The notes below the pieces were generated by a model, which searched no databases, was not told where the DNA came from, and was given only the letters and a program-made list of their open reading frames with translations. 64,000 bases of DNA, from positions 1,860,001-1,924,000 of the forward strand of contig OZ218962.1 in NCBI GenBank assembly GCA_965112735.1, in the 5' to 3' direction. The position numbers were made by a program, and so were the translations under genes. Of this stretch, positions 1 through 13,408 are shown piece after piece. This DNA comes from Phaeosaccion multiseriatum (Eukaryota > Protista > Ochrophyta, other classes). The number at the start of each line of letters is the position of its first letter. Position 1 is the first letter of the stretch.

Positions 1-491
1 GAAGCAAGGAAGGAGGGGACGGAGGGAGAGGGAAGGAGAAGCAGAGAGCGGGGGTGGTGCTTCACTACGGCCTGACAGGGAGTGTGGCACAAATGGCGAA
101 TGAATGATCAAAAGCGAAAGGGCTGTGTGTGTGTGTGTGTGTGTCCTACGCAGGGAAGGAAGGAAGGAAGGAAGGGATGAAGAAGACCGCTTGCCCTCAC
201 GCTCATCCTCGTCTACCTGAGCATGCTGTGCCTTTTCCCCCGTGTTTCTTGCGTCTTCTTTGCCTGCCCCTATGCCCGTATGCTTCTGCCCATATGCCTA
301 TGCCCATACATATATACATATGCCCATATGATTCTGCCCATATGCCTACTTTGCCTGCCCATATCCCTCTGCCCTTACGCCCGCCCTGTCTGCCCATACG
401 TACGCCTCTGCTCTGCCCATATGCCTGCTTTGCCTACCCACGCTTACGCCTACACACCTGTGCCCTGTTCCACCCCCCCGCCTCCCTTCAG

Positions 492-1146
492 CCCCTGCGG
501 ACGGCGTGTGGCATTCTTGTGCAGCGAGGAGGGCTTCGACACGCACAGCGGGCCCTTCGCACTACACACCGCAGAGTGGGTATCCCACGCACCCCGACCA
601 CAGCAGGGTAAGCAGCAAGAGATGAGATGGGCTTGACGCTTGGAGCTCGAAGGTCCCGACATGCGAGCGAGCAAAGCAAGCAACGCCGGCAATATTGCAA
701 GCAAGTTAATGGTACCCATTTTGTCCTCTCTCCCTCCTCTCTCTCTCTCTGTCTCTCTCCTTCACTTCCCACCTCTCTCTGTATCTCTCTCTTCCTCCCT
801 CCCGCACGAACTGGAACTTCGAATTCGCAACACCGGTAGAGGGGTCAAGTAGCAGCAGCAGCAGTGTTGGTGGGCTTGGACCTCACAGGACCCTGGTGGG
901 GACGGTGGAACGGCCTGAGATGGCAGCGGATGGTAAGATGGCCTTCCCCGGGCTATGGATGGACTCGTTACCGGGACAGTGCTGGAGCGAGGACTGCAAG
1001 AGCATCTTCTGTAGTAGCAGGTGAGTTGTGTCAATGAAGGGGGTGACGATGGCAGTTGATGGGCGATGGCAGTTGGTGGGGACGGTAGTCAGGTGGGTGG
1101 GGTGGTGGGTGAGTGGAGGGCTGGGTAAGTGGGTGCGTGGGGGATG

Positions 1147-1230
<84 letters not shown>

Positions 1231-3379
1231 TGTGCGTGTGCGTGTGTTTGTGGTGTGCGTGCGTGCGTGCGTGCGTGTGTGGTGTGTGCGTTTGTGTGCG
1301 TGTGTATGTTTTTATGGAACGTGTGTGTATGGAATGTGTGAGTGTGGTGTGTGTGTACGTGTGTGTGTACGTGTGTGTGTAATGTGTGTGTACGGAATGG
1401 GTGTGTGTGCACGGAATGGGTGTGTGTGTACGGAATGTGTGTGTGTGTGGAATGTGTGTGTACGAATGTGTGTGTGTACGGAACATGTGTGTGTGAAATA
1501 TGTGTGTGTGGAGTGTTTCTCACCATCTGTGCCCTGTGCACAAGAGACCCAACCAACCAACCAGACCACCTTTTTCCCTTACCCTTACCCTTCCCCTTAC
1601 GTAAGTATCCTCACCCTTAGTTGTTACACGCAATGCACTCACTCACTCACTCACTCACTCACTCACTCCCAACTGTGCGCTGCCTCTTGCTTTGTCTTGC
1701 TTGTGTCCGTCTCGCTCAGCTGGGGAAGCGTGGGGACGGTGCTGAAGATCGATGCTGAGACAGGAGCTGTACAGAGGATGCCTCTCGCTGCCAAGGCTGC
1801 GGTTGGTCATACAGGTGGGTGAGACGCTGGTGCCAGCGGTGAGGAGGGAGGGGGGGGGGGGGGGTGGCAAGGTCCATGGTCAATGGGTGATAAGCAAAAG
1901 GGGTCAATGGTCCAATGCGGTCGTTGGGTCAAGCGTCAGAGGAGCTCACTCCTAGCGGGCTTATCTCTTGCTCCGTTCCTCCCTCCCTCCCCTCCCTCCC
2001 CTCCCTCCCCTCTCTCCCTCTCTCCCTCCCTCCCTCCCTCCCTCCCTCCCTCCCTCCTCCCCTTCCCTCCGTCCCTCCCTCCCTCCCTCCCTCCCTCCCT
2101 CCCTCCCTCCCTCCCTCCCTCCCTCCCTCCCTCCCTCCCTCCCTCCCTCCCTCCCTCCCTCCCTCCCTCCCTCCCTCCCCTCCCTCCCTCCCCTCCCTCC
2201 CTCCCCTCCCTCCCTCCGTCCCTCCGTTCCTCCGTCCCTCCGTCCCTCCCTCCCTCTCTGCGGATACCCACTACCCCTTACCCACTACTTACCCACTACT
2301 AACAGGAGATGCATTGCCAGCATTAGAGGAGGGTTGCATTTCTGCCTCTGTCCTTGCTGTGGGAGAGGGGGGGGTGCTCGTCAAGGCCGCTTCACCCAAC
2401 TCTCCGGGGGGCTTCGCCTTTCTCACTGCCGACACAAATGGCGACACAAGTGGAGACACAGCAAGTGAGGCACAAGTCCTCCTGGGGCCAGCCATGGGGC
2501 GCGTAACCGTCACCAGCAAGCTCACGGTAAGGGATAAGCAAGCCACCACACCCTCTCCCTCTCTCCCTCTCTCCCCATGTGCCTCCAGATCATCCTCCAA
2601 ACTCCCTTTCCCCTCCCTCTCTTTTCCGTCCTCCCCCTCTCCCTCCCCTCCCTCCCTCTCCTCCCTCCTCCCCCTCTCCCTCTCCTTTCTCCCTCTCCAC
2701 TCTCCTCTGTATCTCCCTTTCCCTCTCCCTTTCCCCTCCCTCTCTCCCTTTCCTCTCTCCCCCATGTGCCTCTAGATTACATCCCAGCACGTCAGCTCCG
2801 CCGCTGCGCGAGTGTCAGGACTGCGCTGGAAAGTTCTCTCCCTTGTGCCACCGCCTCCTCCTCCTCCCACTCCCTCCTCCTCGTCGTCAGGTGTGAAGCG
2901 TAGACGGACGGACTGACTGACTGACTGACTGACTGACAGACTTGCTGACTGACCGACCGACCGACTAACTCACTGACTCAGACGCACTGACTCACTCACT
3001 GACTCACTGACTCACTGACTTACTGACTCACCGACTCACTGACTCACTCCTGACTGACTGACTGGCTGGCTGACTGACTGGCTGACTGACTGGCTGCTGT
3101 ATCACCAACAGCTGCGGCTGACTTTCCGACCGTGTCGTTCTGATTTCCCATGCAAATCAAACCTTTGGTCGGATGGATGTTTTGCTCCTTCTCCACAGGA
3201 GAAAAGGACACCACAACCACCAGCAGCAGCCTTCCTTTCGAGGCCATCTTGCTGCTTCCCCCTCCCAACGATGGCGAAAAGGAGGAGGGCAAGGCTCAAG
3301 AAGGTAGGGTAGGCACAGCTGCTCGATGGGATGGCAGTAGATGGCAGTATATGTCTGTCTCTCTGTCTGTAGTATTCTA

Positions 3380-3443
<64 letters not shown>

Positions 3444-3460
3444 CGTTCTGCCTGTCTGAC

Positions 3461-3516
<56 letters not shown>

Positions 3517-6428
3517 AGTCAGTCTGTCTGTCTGCCTGCCTGTCTACCTGCCTGCCTGTCTGTCTGTCTGACTGACTGACTTGTCTGTCTCTCTGCCTGC
3601 CTGCCTGCCTGTCTGTCTCCCTCTGACTGTCTGTCTGCGACTGTTCCCCGGCCGCTCCCACACCGCCTCTCACTTGCTCCCACTCTCGCCGCACACGCAT
3701 ACACACACAACCCACGCATACACACGCACACACGTACACTCACACACAACACACACTCACACTCAACACATCACACAGCAGCAGCCCTCCCGCCCCTGCT
3801 TGTGGTGCCTCACGGCGGCCCTCACGGTGTGCTGCCGACGGACTTCATCCCGTCCTACGCCTACCTCTGTGCGGTGAGGGGATACGCCGTGCTCATGGTC
3901 AACTACAGGTGGGTGCGGGGGAGAGAGATGGATGGCAGTGGATGGGGAGGGAGAGGGATGGATGGCAGTGGATGGGGAGGGAGGGACGAGAGGTTGGATT
4001 GACTTGGGAGCTGTCGGAGTCGACTCGTGCAGAGGCCTGCCCAACTAAAGGACATGCCTGCCGCTGGTCGTATGCCTTTTCCTGTATTCCCATATGCCTC
4101 CCTCCTGCATACCTCCTGTATGATGCATGCCCGTATACCTCCTGCATGATGCATGCCCGTATACCTCCTGCATGATGCATGCCCGTATACCTCCTGCATG
4201 ATGCATGCCCGTATACCTCCTGCATGATGCATGCCCGTATACCTCCTGCATGATGCATGCCCGTATACCTCCTGCGTGATGCATGCCCGTATACCTCCTG
4301 CATGATGCATGCCCGTATACCTCCTCCATGATGCATGCCCGTATACCTCCTGCATGCCCACATGCCTCCATCATGCCTCCTGTATGCCTCCATCATGCCT
4401 CCTGTGCGCGTCATGTGCAGGGGGTCTACAGGATTCGGAGCCGAGGCGCTCGCCTCTCTGCCCGGCAAGTGCGGCACTCAGGACGTCGCCGATGTGCTGC
4501 AGGCCACTCAAGAAGGTGCGTAGGTACACACGTGCACTTGTACTTGCACTTGCACTTGCACTTGAAGGTGCACGTGTACTTAGAGCTGTAGAGAGACTTG
4601 CTGCTGAGCGTGTTTGTATGTATGTATGTATGTATGTATGTATGTATGTATGTATGTATGTATGTATGTATGTATGTATGTATGTATGTGTGTGTTGTGC
4701 ACAACAACAACAACAACAACACCAACTGACGTAACACTGCCACCCGACTGACACACCACAACACACCACCACCAGTACTCTCCATGACCCCTCCCTGCGT
4801 GGACGGGTCGAGAGTGGGGGTGGTGGGCGGCAGTCACGGAGGCTTCTTGGGAGCACACATGACGGGCCAGCACCCTGAGGTGAGTTGACGCATAAGTCAT
4901 TGAGGCGTGCGGATTGATAGGGATAGACAGATGGATGGGAGGGGACTTGTAGGGATGGAAGAAGGGCAAACATACACAGGAATACGAGCAAAGCGTGGTG
5001 ACCGTATGCCTCTCCTCTTTATGCCCGTATGCCTCTGCATAATCTCTTCTCTATATACTATATACCACTATATGCCCGTATGCCTCTGCATGATGCAACT
5101 CTTCTCTATATACTATATACCACTATATAGTCCCGTATACCTCTGCATGATGCAACTCTACAAACTCTCCTCGATATGTCACTATATGCCCGTATGCCTC
5201 TGCATGATGGCTACAACAGCTGTTCAAGGCGGCGGTGCTGCGCAACCCTGTCACCAACTTGCCAGGGATGGTTTCCGTCACTGGTGAGTGCGTGAGTGCG
5301 TGATTGAGTGAGTGGGGCTTGTTGACTTGGGGTGGTGGGCTTTTGCTCTAGGGAGTGAGGGTCAGACAGAGAGAGAGAGAGAGATGGGAGTGGATGGAAG
5401 TGAGACTGAGAGAGAGAGGGAGAGAGGCGAGAAAGGCATGGCGGTGGATGGGGTGGATGGGGTGAGAGAGTGAATGAGAGAGGAGGGGGGGGGGGGGGGG
5501 AGAGACAAGAGACAGAGGCTTAAGAGAGTTTAGCACACCACACCCAAACACGTATGTGCATCACCAACACCACCATACGTCTCCCACTTGACCTCTCTTC
5601 GTTTTGTCTTGCTCTGCCCCTCTCCTCCCCTCCCCTCCCCTCCCCCGTCCAGACATCCCTGACTGGTGCTACGTGGAGGCCCTGGGCAGTGGCAGCTACG
5701 ACTTTTCCTCCTTTAAAGCACCCAACGCTGAGGAGGTGAGTGAGGCTAAATCGAATGCACATTGTACAAGGCAAGAGAGAGAGAAGCAGAGGGAGAGGGA
5801 GGGAGGGGAGGGGAGAGGAGAGGAAGATAGAGGGAGAGAGAGAGAGGGCATTGCCAGCTGTCTGTCCATACAGTGCCATACGGTGGGACAGTGTTGTGCT
5901 CTACCACGCTGTGCTGCACCTTTCATGTTGTGTCCCTTCCTGTCCCTCCCCTTCCTCCCTCTCTCCCTCCCTCCCTTCCCTCCCTCCCTCTCTCCCTCCC
6001 TCCCCTCCCTCCCTCCCCTCCCTCCCTCCCTCCCTCCCTCCCTCCCTCCCTCCCTCCCTCCCTCACTCCCTCCCTCCCTCCCTCCCTCCCTCCCTCCCTC
6101 TCTCCCTCGCCCCCCTCTCTCCCTCCCTCTCTCCCTCTCCTCCCCTCTCTCCCTCCCCTCCCCCCACAGCTGCACACCATGTTCCAAGCATCCCCCATCG
6201 CGCACCAGTCTTCTGTAACTGCCCCCACCCTCGTAGCCCTGGGTGCCAAAGACCGCCGAGTGCCCATGTCTCAAGGGTTGGAGTGGCATCACGCTCTTAA
6301 GGCCAAAGGAGTGTCCACCCGACTCCTTCACTACCCGGAGGACTGCCATGCTATTGACTTGCCGCAGAGTGAGATGGTGAGGATGAGGGTAGTGGTGGTA
6401 GTGGTGGTGGTGGTGGTGATGATGTTTG

Positions 6429-6506
<78 letters not shown>

Positions 6507-6597
6507 CGATGATGATGATCATCGGTGGTGATGATGATGGTGATGATGTTTGTGATGATGATGATCATGGTGATGGTATTGGTGATGATGGTGATGG

Positions 6598-6642
<45 letters not shown>

Positions 6643-6974
6643 CGATGATGATGATGCTGATGCTGCTTACTCTCTGTCTCTTCTCTCCCTCTGTGTCTCT
6701 GTCTGCCTCCTGTGCCCATATCTGTCCGCTGCCATCTGCCCTCTGCTCCTCTCTCTCTCTCTCTCTCCCCCTCACTTTGTCATTACTTCGGTCTGCTACT
6801 CCCTGCCTGCTGCTCTCGTCTCTCTCTCTCTCTGCCTTGCTACTCTGCTCCACTCTCTCTCTCTTCTCTGCTCTACTCTCGCCTGCTTCTCTCTTACTGT
6901 GTGTGCGCGCGTGTGGCGTTGTTCGTCAGGACCATTGGATGCACATTGCGTCCTGGATGGACGAGCACCTCTGA
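492..6974 (+). CDS. APEH: Acylamino-acid-releasing enzyme (acylpeptide hydrolase, S9 family), multi-exon, 5' end upstream of window
   Basis: Spliced exons give [44 protein letters not shown]|GSTGFG, nucleophile GGSHGG (4826-4843), [27 protein letters not shown] (catalytic D), YPEDCHAI (catalytic H), WMDEHL-TGA at 6972-6974; GT-AG introns. Confidence 0.92.
4115..4360. repeat. Intronic minisatellite, 26-bp unit CCTGCATGATGCATGCCCGTATACCT, about 9 copies
   Basis: Read directly; related larger units at 5003-5210. Confidence 0.9.
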
Positions 6975-7340
6975 CGAGAGGAGGGAGGAGGCGACAAGTT
7001 AGAGACGAAGGGATGGACGACCACCACTGACGAGAGGGAGGAGGCGACAAGTTAGAGACGAAGGGATGGACGACCACCACTGACGAGAGGAGGGAGGAGG
7101 CGACAAGTTAGAGACGAAGGGATGGACGAGCACCTCTGACGAGAGGAGGGAGGAGGCGACAAGTTAGAGACGAAGGGATGGACGACCACCACTGACGAGA
7201 GGGAGGAGGCGACAAGTTAGAGACGAAGGGATGGACGACCACCACTGACGAGAGGAGGGAGGAGGCGACAAGTTAGAGACGAAGGGATGGACGACCACCA
7301 CTGACGAGAGGAGGGAGGAGGCGACAAGTTAGAGACGAAG
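6955..7340 (+). repeat. Tandem repeat, 7 copies of 53-56 bp, spanning the APEH stop codon
   Basis: Units start at 6955, 7011, 7064, 7120, 7176, 7229, 7285. Confidence 0.95.
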
Positions 7341-7741
7341 GGAGGGCAGCCGGTTATTCAATCAGTCAGTCATGCAAAAAAAAATATATATATTTAAAGG
7401 AAATCCTCTCGACACTAGGAATAGACATCGACTTTCTGTGAACGATGTGATGTTGTGGCATCTCGCCCAACAACACGCGAGATCTCTGCCGCAAGAAGGG
7501 GCGCTACCGCTTTGAAAAGGCCCAAACAAGTGCTGAGAACGACAAAGCAGGAGCAGGAGACAAAAGGGAGGGAGAGTGGGGAGGAGCCCGGGCAACATCG
7601 AAGAAACCGCAGTGGCAGTCCTAAAATCATTCCACGTTGAAGGAGCCGGCTCAGGGGCGCCCACCTCCCTTCCCCTTGTCCTTAAGAGAGGGGACTCAGC
7701 TAGGACAATGTATCTAAGATAGACGATAGAGGACGACCACA

Positions 7742-8315
7742 ATGATTTCCAGGCTGGTTCAGGGAAGAGCCAGCTGTCGAAAGGCGGCCAGATTAGTAAT
7801 AGGATGGCATCCCGAGAAGGGTCAGGATGGCAGCTGTGGAACAGCCGCAGGAGGGCCCCGCAGGGCAAGGCTATCAACGAAAATCAGCGGGCAGAGGCAA
7901 GGGGCAGAGGAAGCAGATGAAGCGGGGAGAGGGGGGCAAAGAGCCGTGCGCGTGTCCAACAGCAGCAGCAGCAGCAGTAGTAGCAGTTGTGCTGAAACGA
8001 CGAGCAGATCCAATAGGCGTTACAACAGCAAGCATTGTGCTGATGCGCGAAGAGCAGCAGTAGTCCGGCAATACGGTGCCGACTGCGCCTCAGCGTCAGT
8101 CGCAAGGACGACACCTCGGCGCGCCAGCTTCACGTGCAGCAGCCGCCAGTGCGACCCGAGCACAGGGCTGGGAGGAGGAGCCGGGTCAGCAGCGGCAGCA
8201 GCCAAAGCAGCAGCAGCCGCAGTAGCAGCAGCAGCGAAGGCAGCCAAAGCAGCGGTAGCGGCAGCAGCGGTAGCCAAAGCAGCAGCAGAGGGAGGGAGGC
8301 CGAAGGGTCGGTCCC

Positions 8316-8347
<32 letters not shown>

Positions 8348-10269
8348 TCTCACCCCGGCAACACGCAAGCAGAGATGGACGACGAGGACGAGTGGCACGT
8401 GCAGCACCAGGAGAGCTTGGGCCTGTATCCCAAGGAGCCCAACATACAGGTAGGGGCAGGAGGTGTGCGAGTGAATTGAAGTGGTTCCATTCGCGCTGTG
8501 AAAGTGGGAAAGAGGAGAGCGAAAGGAGCGAGTTGAAATCGAAGCTCTCTCTTCCTTCCCCTCTTGTGACTCTCTCTCTCTCTCTCTCTCTCTCCCTCCC
8601 TCCCTCTTTCTCCCTGTCTCCCTCCCTCTCCCCGCCTCGCCCCCCCTCTCTCTCACTCACTCTGTCTCACTCTCTCTCCTCCCTTTGCCCCCCCCCTCCC
8701 CCCCTCCTCCTCTCCCTATGTATTCCACAGAGGCCCCAGAGGATCATCATCGTCCGCCACGGTGAGAGCATGGGCAACAAAGACGAGTCGGTAAGTCAAC
8801 GAAAGGAAGCACACACTAGTAGGAAGGGAAGAGCGGGATGATGCTTTCGTGTTGTTGGGTGTCTAGTCGAGAACCTTATGTTGTATGGTCCCTCTCTCTC
8901 TCTCCTTCTCCTTCCCTCAAGAAGCGGAGTCGCTTGCGTGAAACCTCACCTCCCTCTCTCTCTGTCCCTCTGCCCGCTCCTCTGCCCCGTATGCCTGCCC
9001 ATGTACCTGCCCATATACCTGCCTGCCTGTCCACAACCCTGCCCATATACCTGCCTGCCTGTCCACAACCCTGCCCACACCCACATGATCATTTTCGCCT
9101 CTCTCCAAAACACAAGACCTACGTGCACCTGCCGGACTGGAAGATTCCTCTGACGTCAGCAGGGATGGGTGACGCCCGAAGCTGCGGTCACCGCATCAAG
9201 CAGATTGTGGGGGACAAACCGATATTCTTCTACACCTCCCCATACATGAGAACCAAGCAGACCACGGCAGGCATAGCGGAGGTGGGTGGGGCGTTGGTGA
9301 TACAGGGGTGGGATGGGGTAGGGGGTTTGAATGGGGTGAGTGTGGGTGGGGTGGGGTGAGGGGAGGGAGGGGAGGGGAGGGGAGGGGAGGGGAGCAGAGC
9401 AGGTGCATGGGTATGGGCAGAAAAGAAGAGGAGAAGCATATAGGCAGAGGCATATGGACACAACAGAGGAGAGAAGAGTTAGGGCAGGGCAAAGGCATGA
9501 GGGCAGAGCAGAGGTGTATGGGCAAGGCAAGGCAAGGTAGAGGTGTATGGGCAAGGCAGGGTAGAGGTGTATGGGCAGGGCAGGGTAGAGGTGTATGGGC
9601 AGGGCAGAGGTGTATGGGCAGAGCAGGGGGGGGGTCTCTACGGAGATAGCTGGGCATAGTAGTACTTTCTCTCTGCCTTGACAGTTGTGCAAGTGACAGT
9701 GTTGCTCCTTTATTGACGGCAACACCCATCAATCACAAATGGCTGCTTCTTGTCTGCTGCCTGTTGCCCTCTCCGATGCTCTGCTCTACCCATATGCCTC
9801 TCTCTGTCCGCTTGTGAGCAGGCCCTTGCAGATAACCACATCGTGGGGGTGAGGGAGGAGCCCCGCCTCACAGAGCAACAGTTTGGCAACTTCCAGGTAG
9901 GATTGGACAGGTTAGGGTAGGGTAGGAGAGGGGTAGTGTAATGTAGGGTAGGAGAGGGGTAGGGTAGGGAAGGTTAGGGTAGCGTAGGAGAGGGTAGGGT
10001 AAGGGTAGGGTAGAGTAGCGTAGGGTAGGGTAGGGTAGGTCGCACAGGCAAGAGAGAGGTAGGGAGGGGAGGGGTAGAGAGAGAGAGCGAGAGGAGGGGA
10101 TGGAGGGAGGGAGGAGGAGAGAGAGACGGAGAGAAATGGGGAGAGAGGGAGATGAAGAGAGAGAGGAGAGACTTGAGAATATGAGAGAGGGAAGGCAAGA
10201 AAGACGGAGAGAGAGAGGGGGAAATGGGACGGACAGAGAAGAGACGGAGAGGGAGAGGGAGAAACATGG

Positions 10270-10306
<37 letters not shown>

Positions 10307-12194
10307 GGCAGATCCAAACTCTGCTCTGTACAATGGCGGCTTGGTGTGACCGGCAAGCTCAGCTTTGACCCCCCTCCCCCCCTCGCTTCCCTCCCACTCC
10401 CACACAGAGCCTATCCACCATCCGTGACTCGAAAGAGGAGCGGCATCGCTTCGGTCGCTTCTACTACCGCTTCCCTCAGGGCGAGAGCGGCTTAGATGTG
10501 TACAACAGGGCCACCTCCTTCATTGCCACCCTATTTAGAGACTTTGCCAACGAGGCGCTGGCCAAAGATGTAAGATGGAAGTGGATGGAGGAGGAGGAGG
10601 AGGAGGAGGAGGAGGATATGAAGCAGGCGGCTTGTGCTGTATCACCAACTGCTGCTGCTGCTGCTGCCCAGCGCTGTTTCAAACTCCCTTGACTCGCCCC
10701 CTCCATCAGATTGCCCACGCGTTTCAAGCGTTTCATCCACCGTTGAGCAGAGCATTGACTACGAAGCGTATATGCCCTCCCTCCTGCTCTTTCTCCTCCT
10801 CCTCCTCCTCCTCCTCCTCCTCCTCCTCATCCTCCTCCTCCTCCTCCTCGTCCTCCTCCTCCCTCGCCGTCTCCTCCTCCTCCTCCTCCTCCTCCTCCTC
10901 CTCCTCCCAACCCATCCACTGCCATCCCTTGCCAGGACCTCAACGTTGTGATTGTAACACATGGGCTGACGATGCGGCTGTTGGTGATGCGGTGGTTTCA
11001 GTACTCCATTCCTGACTTCGAGAACACACATAACCCAGGTGGGTGAGAGAGGGGGGAGGGGGGGATGGCAGTGGATGAGCAGGGGAGTGAGATGGAGGGA
11101 GAGAGGGAGAGCGGGTGGAGAGAGTTGCGGTGGATCGATAGAGGAGGGGTAGGGAGGAGGATGGCAGTGGATGGGGGGGGACTGCACCGAAAGGGTTGTT
11201 TGCTTGTTCCTGGCTTCCTTGCGTCCTTCCTTCCTTCCTTCCTTCCTTCCTTCCTTCCTTCCTTCCTTCCTTCCTTCCTTTCGAAGCGCCTCGTGCCCAT
11301 CCTCCCCCCCTGACGTGTTCCTTCCCTCCCCCCCTCCCTCCCCTCCTCCCTGCCTCCCCCCTTGCCTCCCTCCCTCCCTCCCTCTCTCTGTATCTCTATC
11401 TATCTCTCTCTCTCTCTCTCCCTCTCTCTCTATCTCTCTCTCCTCCCTCCCCGTATGCCTCTAACTTGTCTCTCAGGCAACGGCGACTTTGTCATCATGG
11501 AGCGCAAGAGGCACAATAAGGTACGAAATTTGATGGCAGTGGATGGTGCATTCGATGGTAGCGGATGGTACCTTGGATGCATCAGTTGCCCCTCCCTTCC
11601 TTTCCTTCAGGTGTTTCTACCCAATTGCGGCTGGCCTTTTTCTAGCGCCCTACAGTTCACCCTCCCCCCCCTCCCACTCTCCCCTGCTGTGAATTGTCGT
11701 ACAACCAACTGCTGTGCTTCCTTCCTTTGCAGCAAGAGTGGTATGAGCTGACGGAAGACTCCCTCGAGGTCATCAACTTTAAACCCCAGCGGGACCTGCA
11801 GGTAACAGGGTAGCCCACACACGTACATACACACACACACGCACAAACACACACAACGCTCACCCGCACACGCACGCACACGCACAAACATACACACACC
11901 GTACACGCACACACACACACACACAAAACACACACTTACAGACAGACACACACACACACACAAAACACACACTCAGAACACACTGGTGCACAGTCTCCCC
12001 TCCCCTCCCCTCTTATCTATGCCTGTCTCAGCCCCTCCCCTCCCCTCCCCTCCCCTCCCCTCCCCTCCCCTCCCCTCCCCTCCCCTCCCCTCCCCTCCCC
12101 TCTTACCTATGCCTCTCTGTCTGTCCTTCTCCTGCTGCAGTACGGGTCGCTGCACAAGCTGCTGGCCGAGCTGCCCACAGACCCCTTTGTCTGA
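7742..12194 (+). CDS. Histidine phosphatase / phosphoglycerate-mutase-like protein (DET1/AT74 type), about 9 exons, low-complexity N-terminal extension
   Basis: RPQRIIIVRHGES (8731), LPDWKIPLT, YTSPYMRTKQT, REEPRLTEQQFGNFQ, RFYYRFPQGESGLDVYNR, VIVTHGLTMR; last exon YGSLHKLLAELPTDPFV-TGA. Start at 7742 is inferred. Confidence 0.88.
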
Positions 12195-13408
12195 AACATG
12201 TCTGATTGATCCTTGTGGTACTGGTACTGACAAGTACTCGAGTTGGTGATACACGCGTTGGTGGTACGCGATTGTGAGCGCAAGAACGAGAGGTACTTAC
12301 ATCTCCCCCCCCACAGAAACGCTTCACTCTCACTCGAGAGGGAAAGGCACCTTAAATGGCAGCGTATTGGCACCTTGGGTGGACACCGGTAGGTGCGCCC
12401 CCGGGGGATTCCTCGATGCACGATCGATACTGTACCCGCACGGCACAGCACAGCACAGTAGTTGGTGATACAGCACAGCACAGCTGTAATAAAACTATGA
12501 TATATTGTCCATTCTACCCGTCTCTCTTGTCTCGCTCTCGCTCTCTCTCTCTGCCCTTCTCGTCAGCATGAGTCAGTATTCAGTACTCACAAAACCGAGC
12601 AAGAGCAAGCAGAGTACAGTAGAGAGAGAGAACACTTCCAAAAGTGTTAAAAGACGGCAGACGGTCGCCTAACGCTGACTGACTGACTGACTGACTGACT
12701 GACTGACTGACTACTTCCACCATACATTATGTACCGACCGAACCGAACCGAACCGACCGAAAAGAACGATCCGATCCGATCCCCTCCATACCATTCCATA
12801 CCACGCTACACAGAGTGCGCGGGGGTGGGTGGGAGAGAGAGAGAGAGAGAGAGAGAGAAGCACCAGAGCACCGCGCCACGGGAGAGCTGAGGACAGACGC
12901 AGGGAGGCCGCTCGCCCTCTCCTTCAAGGGCACTCCATCCTTTCATCCACTGTCATCCACTGCCATCCACGACCATCTTCCCACGCCGCACGCCTCGTCG
13001 TCGATCACCCGCATGAATCGCGTTTCCCTTTCCCTTGCCTTTGCCCAGTCCTCTTCCACTCTTCAGCTCTTCAACTCTTTAGCTCTTTAGCGCTGTCTCT
13101 GTCTCTGTCTCTGTCTCTCCGTCGTCTCTTGCCTCTCTCGTCGTTTCTGTCTTTGTCTCTCTCTCTCCCCCCCCCCCTCCGAAGCAAGTCCTCCTTCCAA
13201 ACCGAGAGACCGTGAGACCGTGAGTGAGTGAGTGAGACATCTCACTTGCCCCCCCCCCCCTACACCCCCCGGGTCATTCCCACCCACACACACATAAGGA
13301 TGTGAGTGAGGGAGGACAAGTAACGATGCCTCTCACTTGCCTGACATTGACACTGAGGCTGATTTGACTTGACTGACACCAGGTACGGACCCAAACAGAC
13401 AAACAACC

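Noticed and set aside
1028-2775. Long CV-, HT-, PSLP- and GGRE-repeat ORFs here and throughout the window
   Set aside because: Translations of intronic microsatellites
6955-7340. CRISPR-like array
   Set aside because: Units repeat end to end with no unique spacers; eukaryotic context and no cas genes
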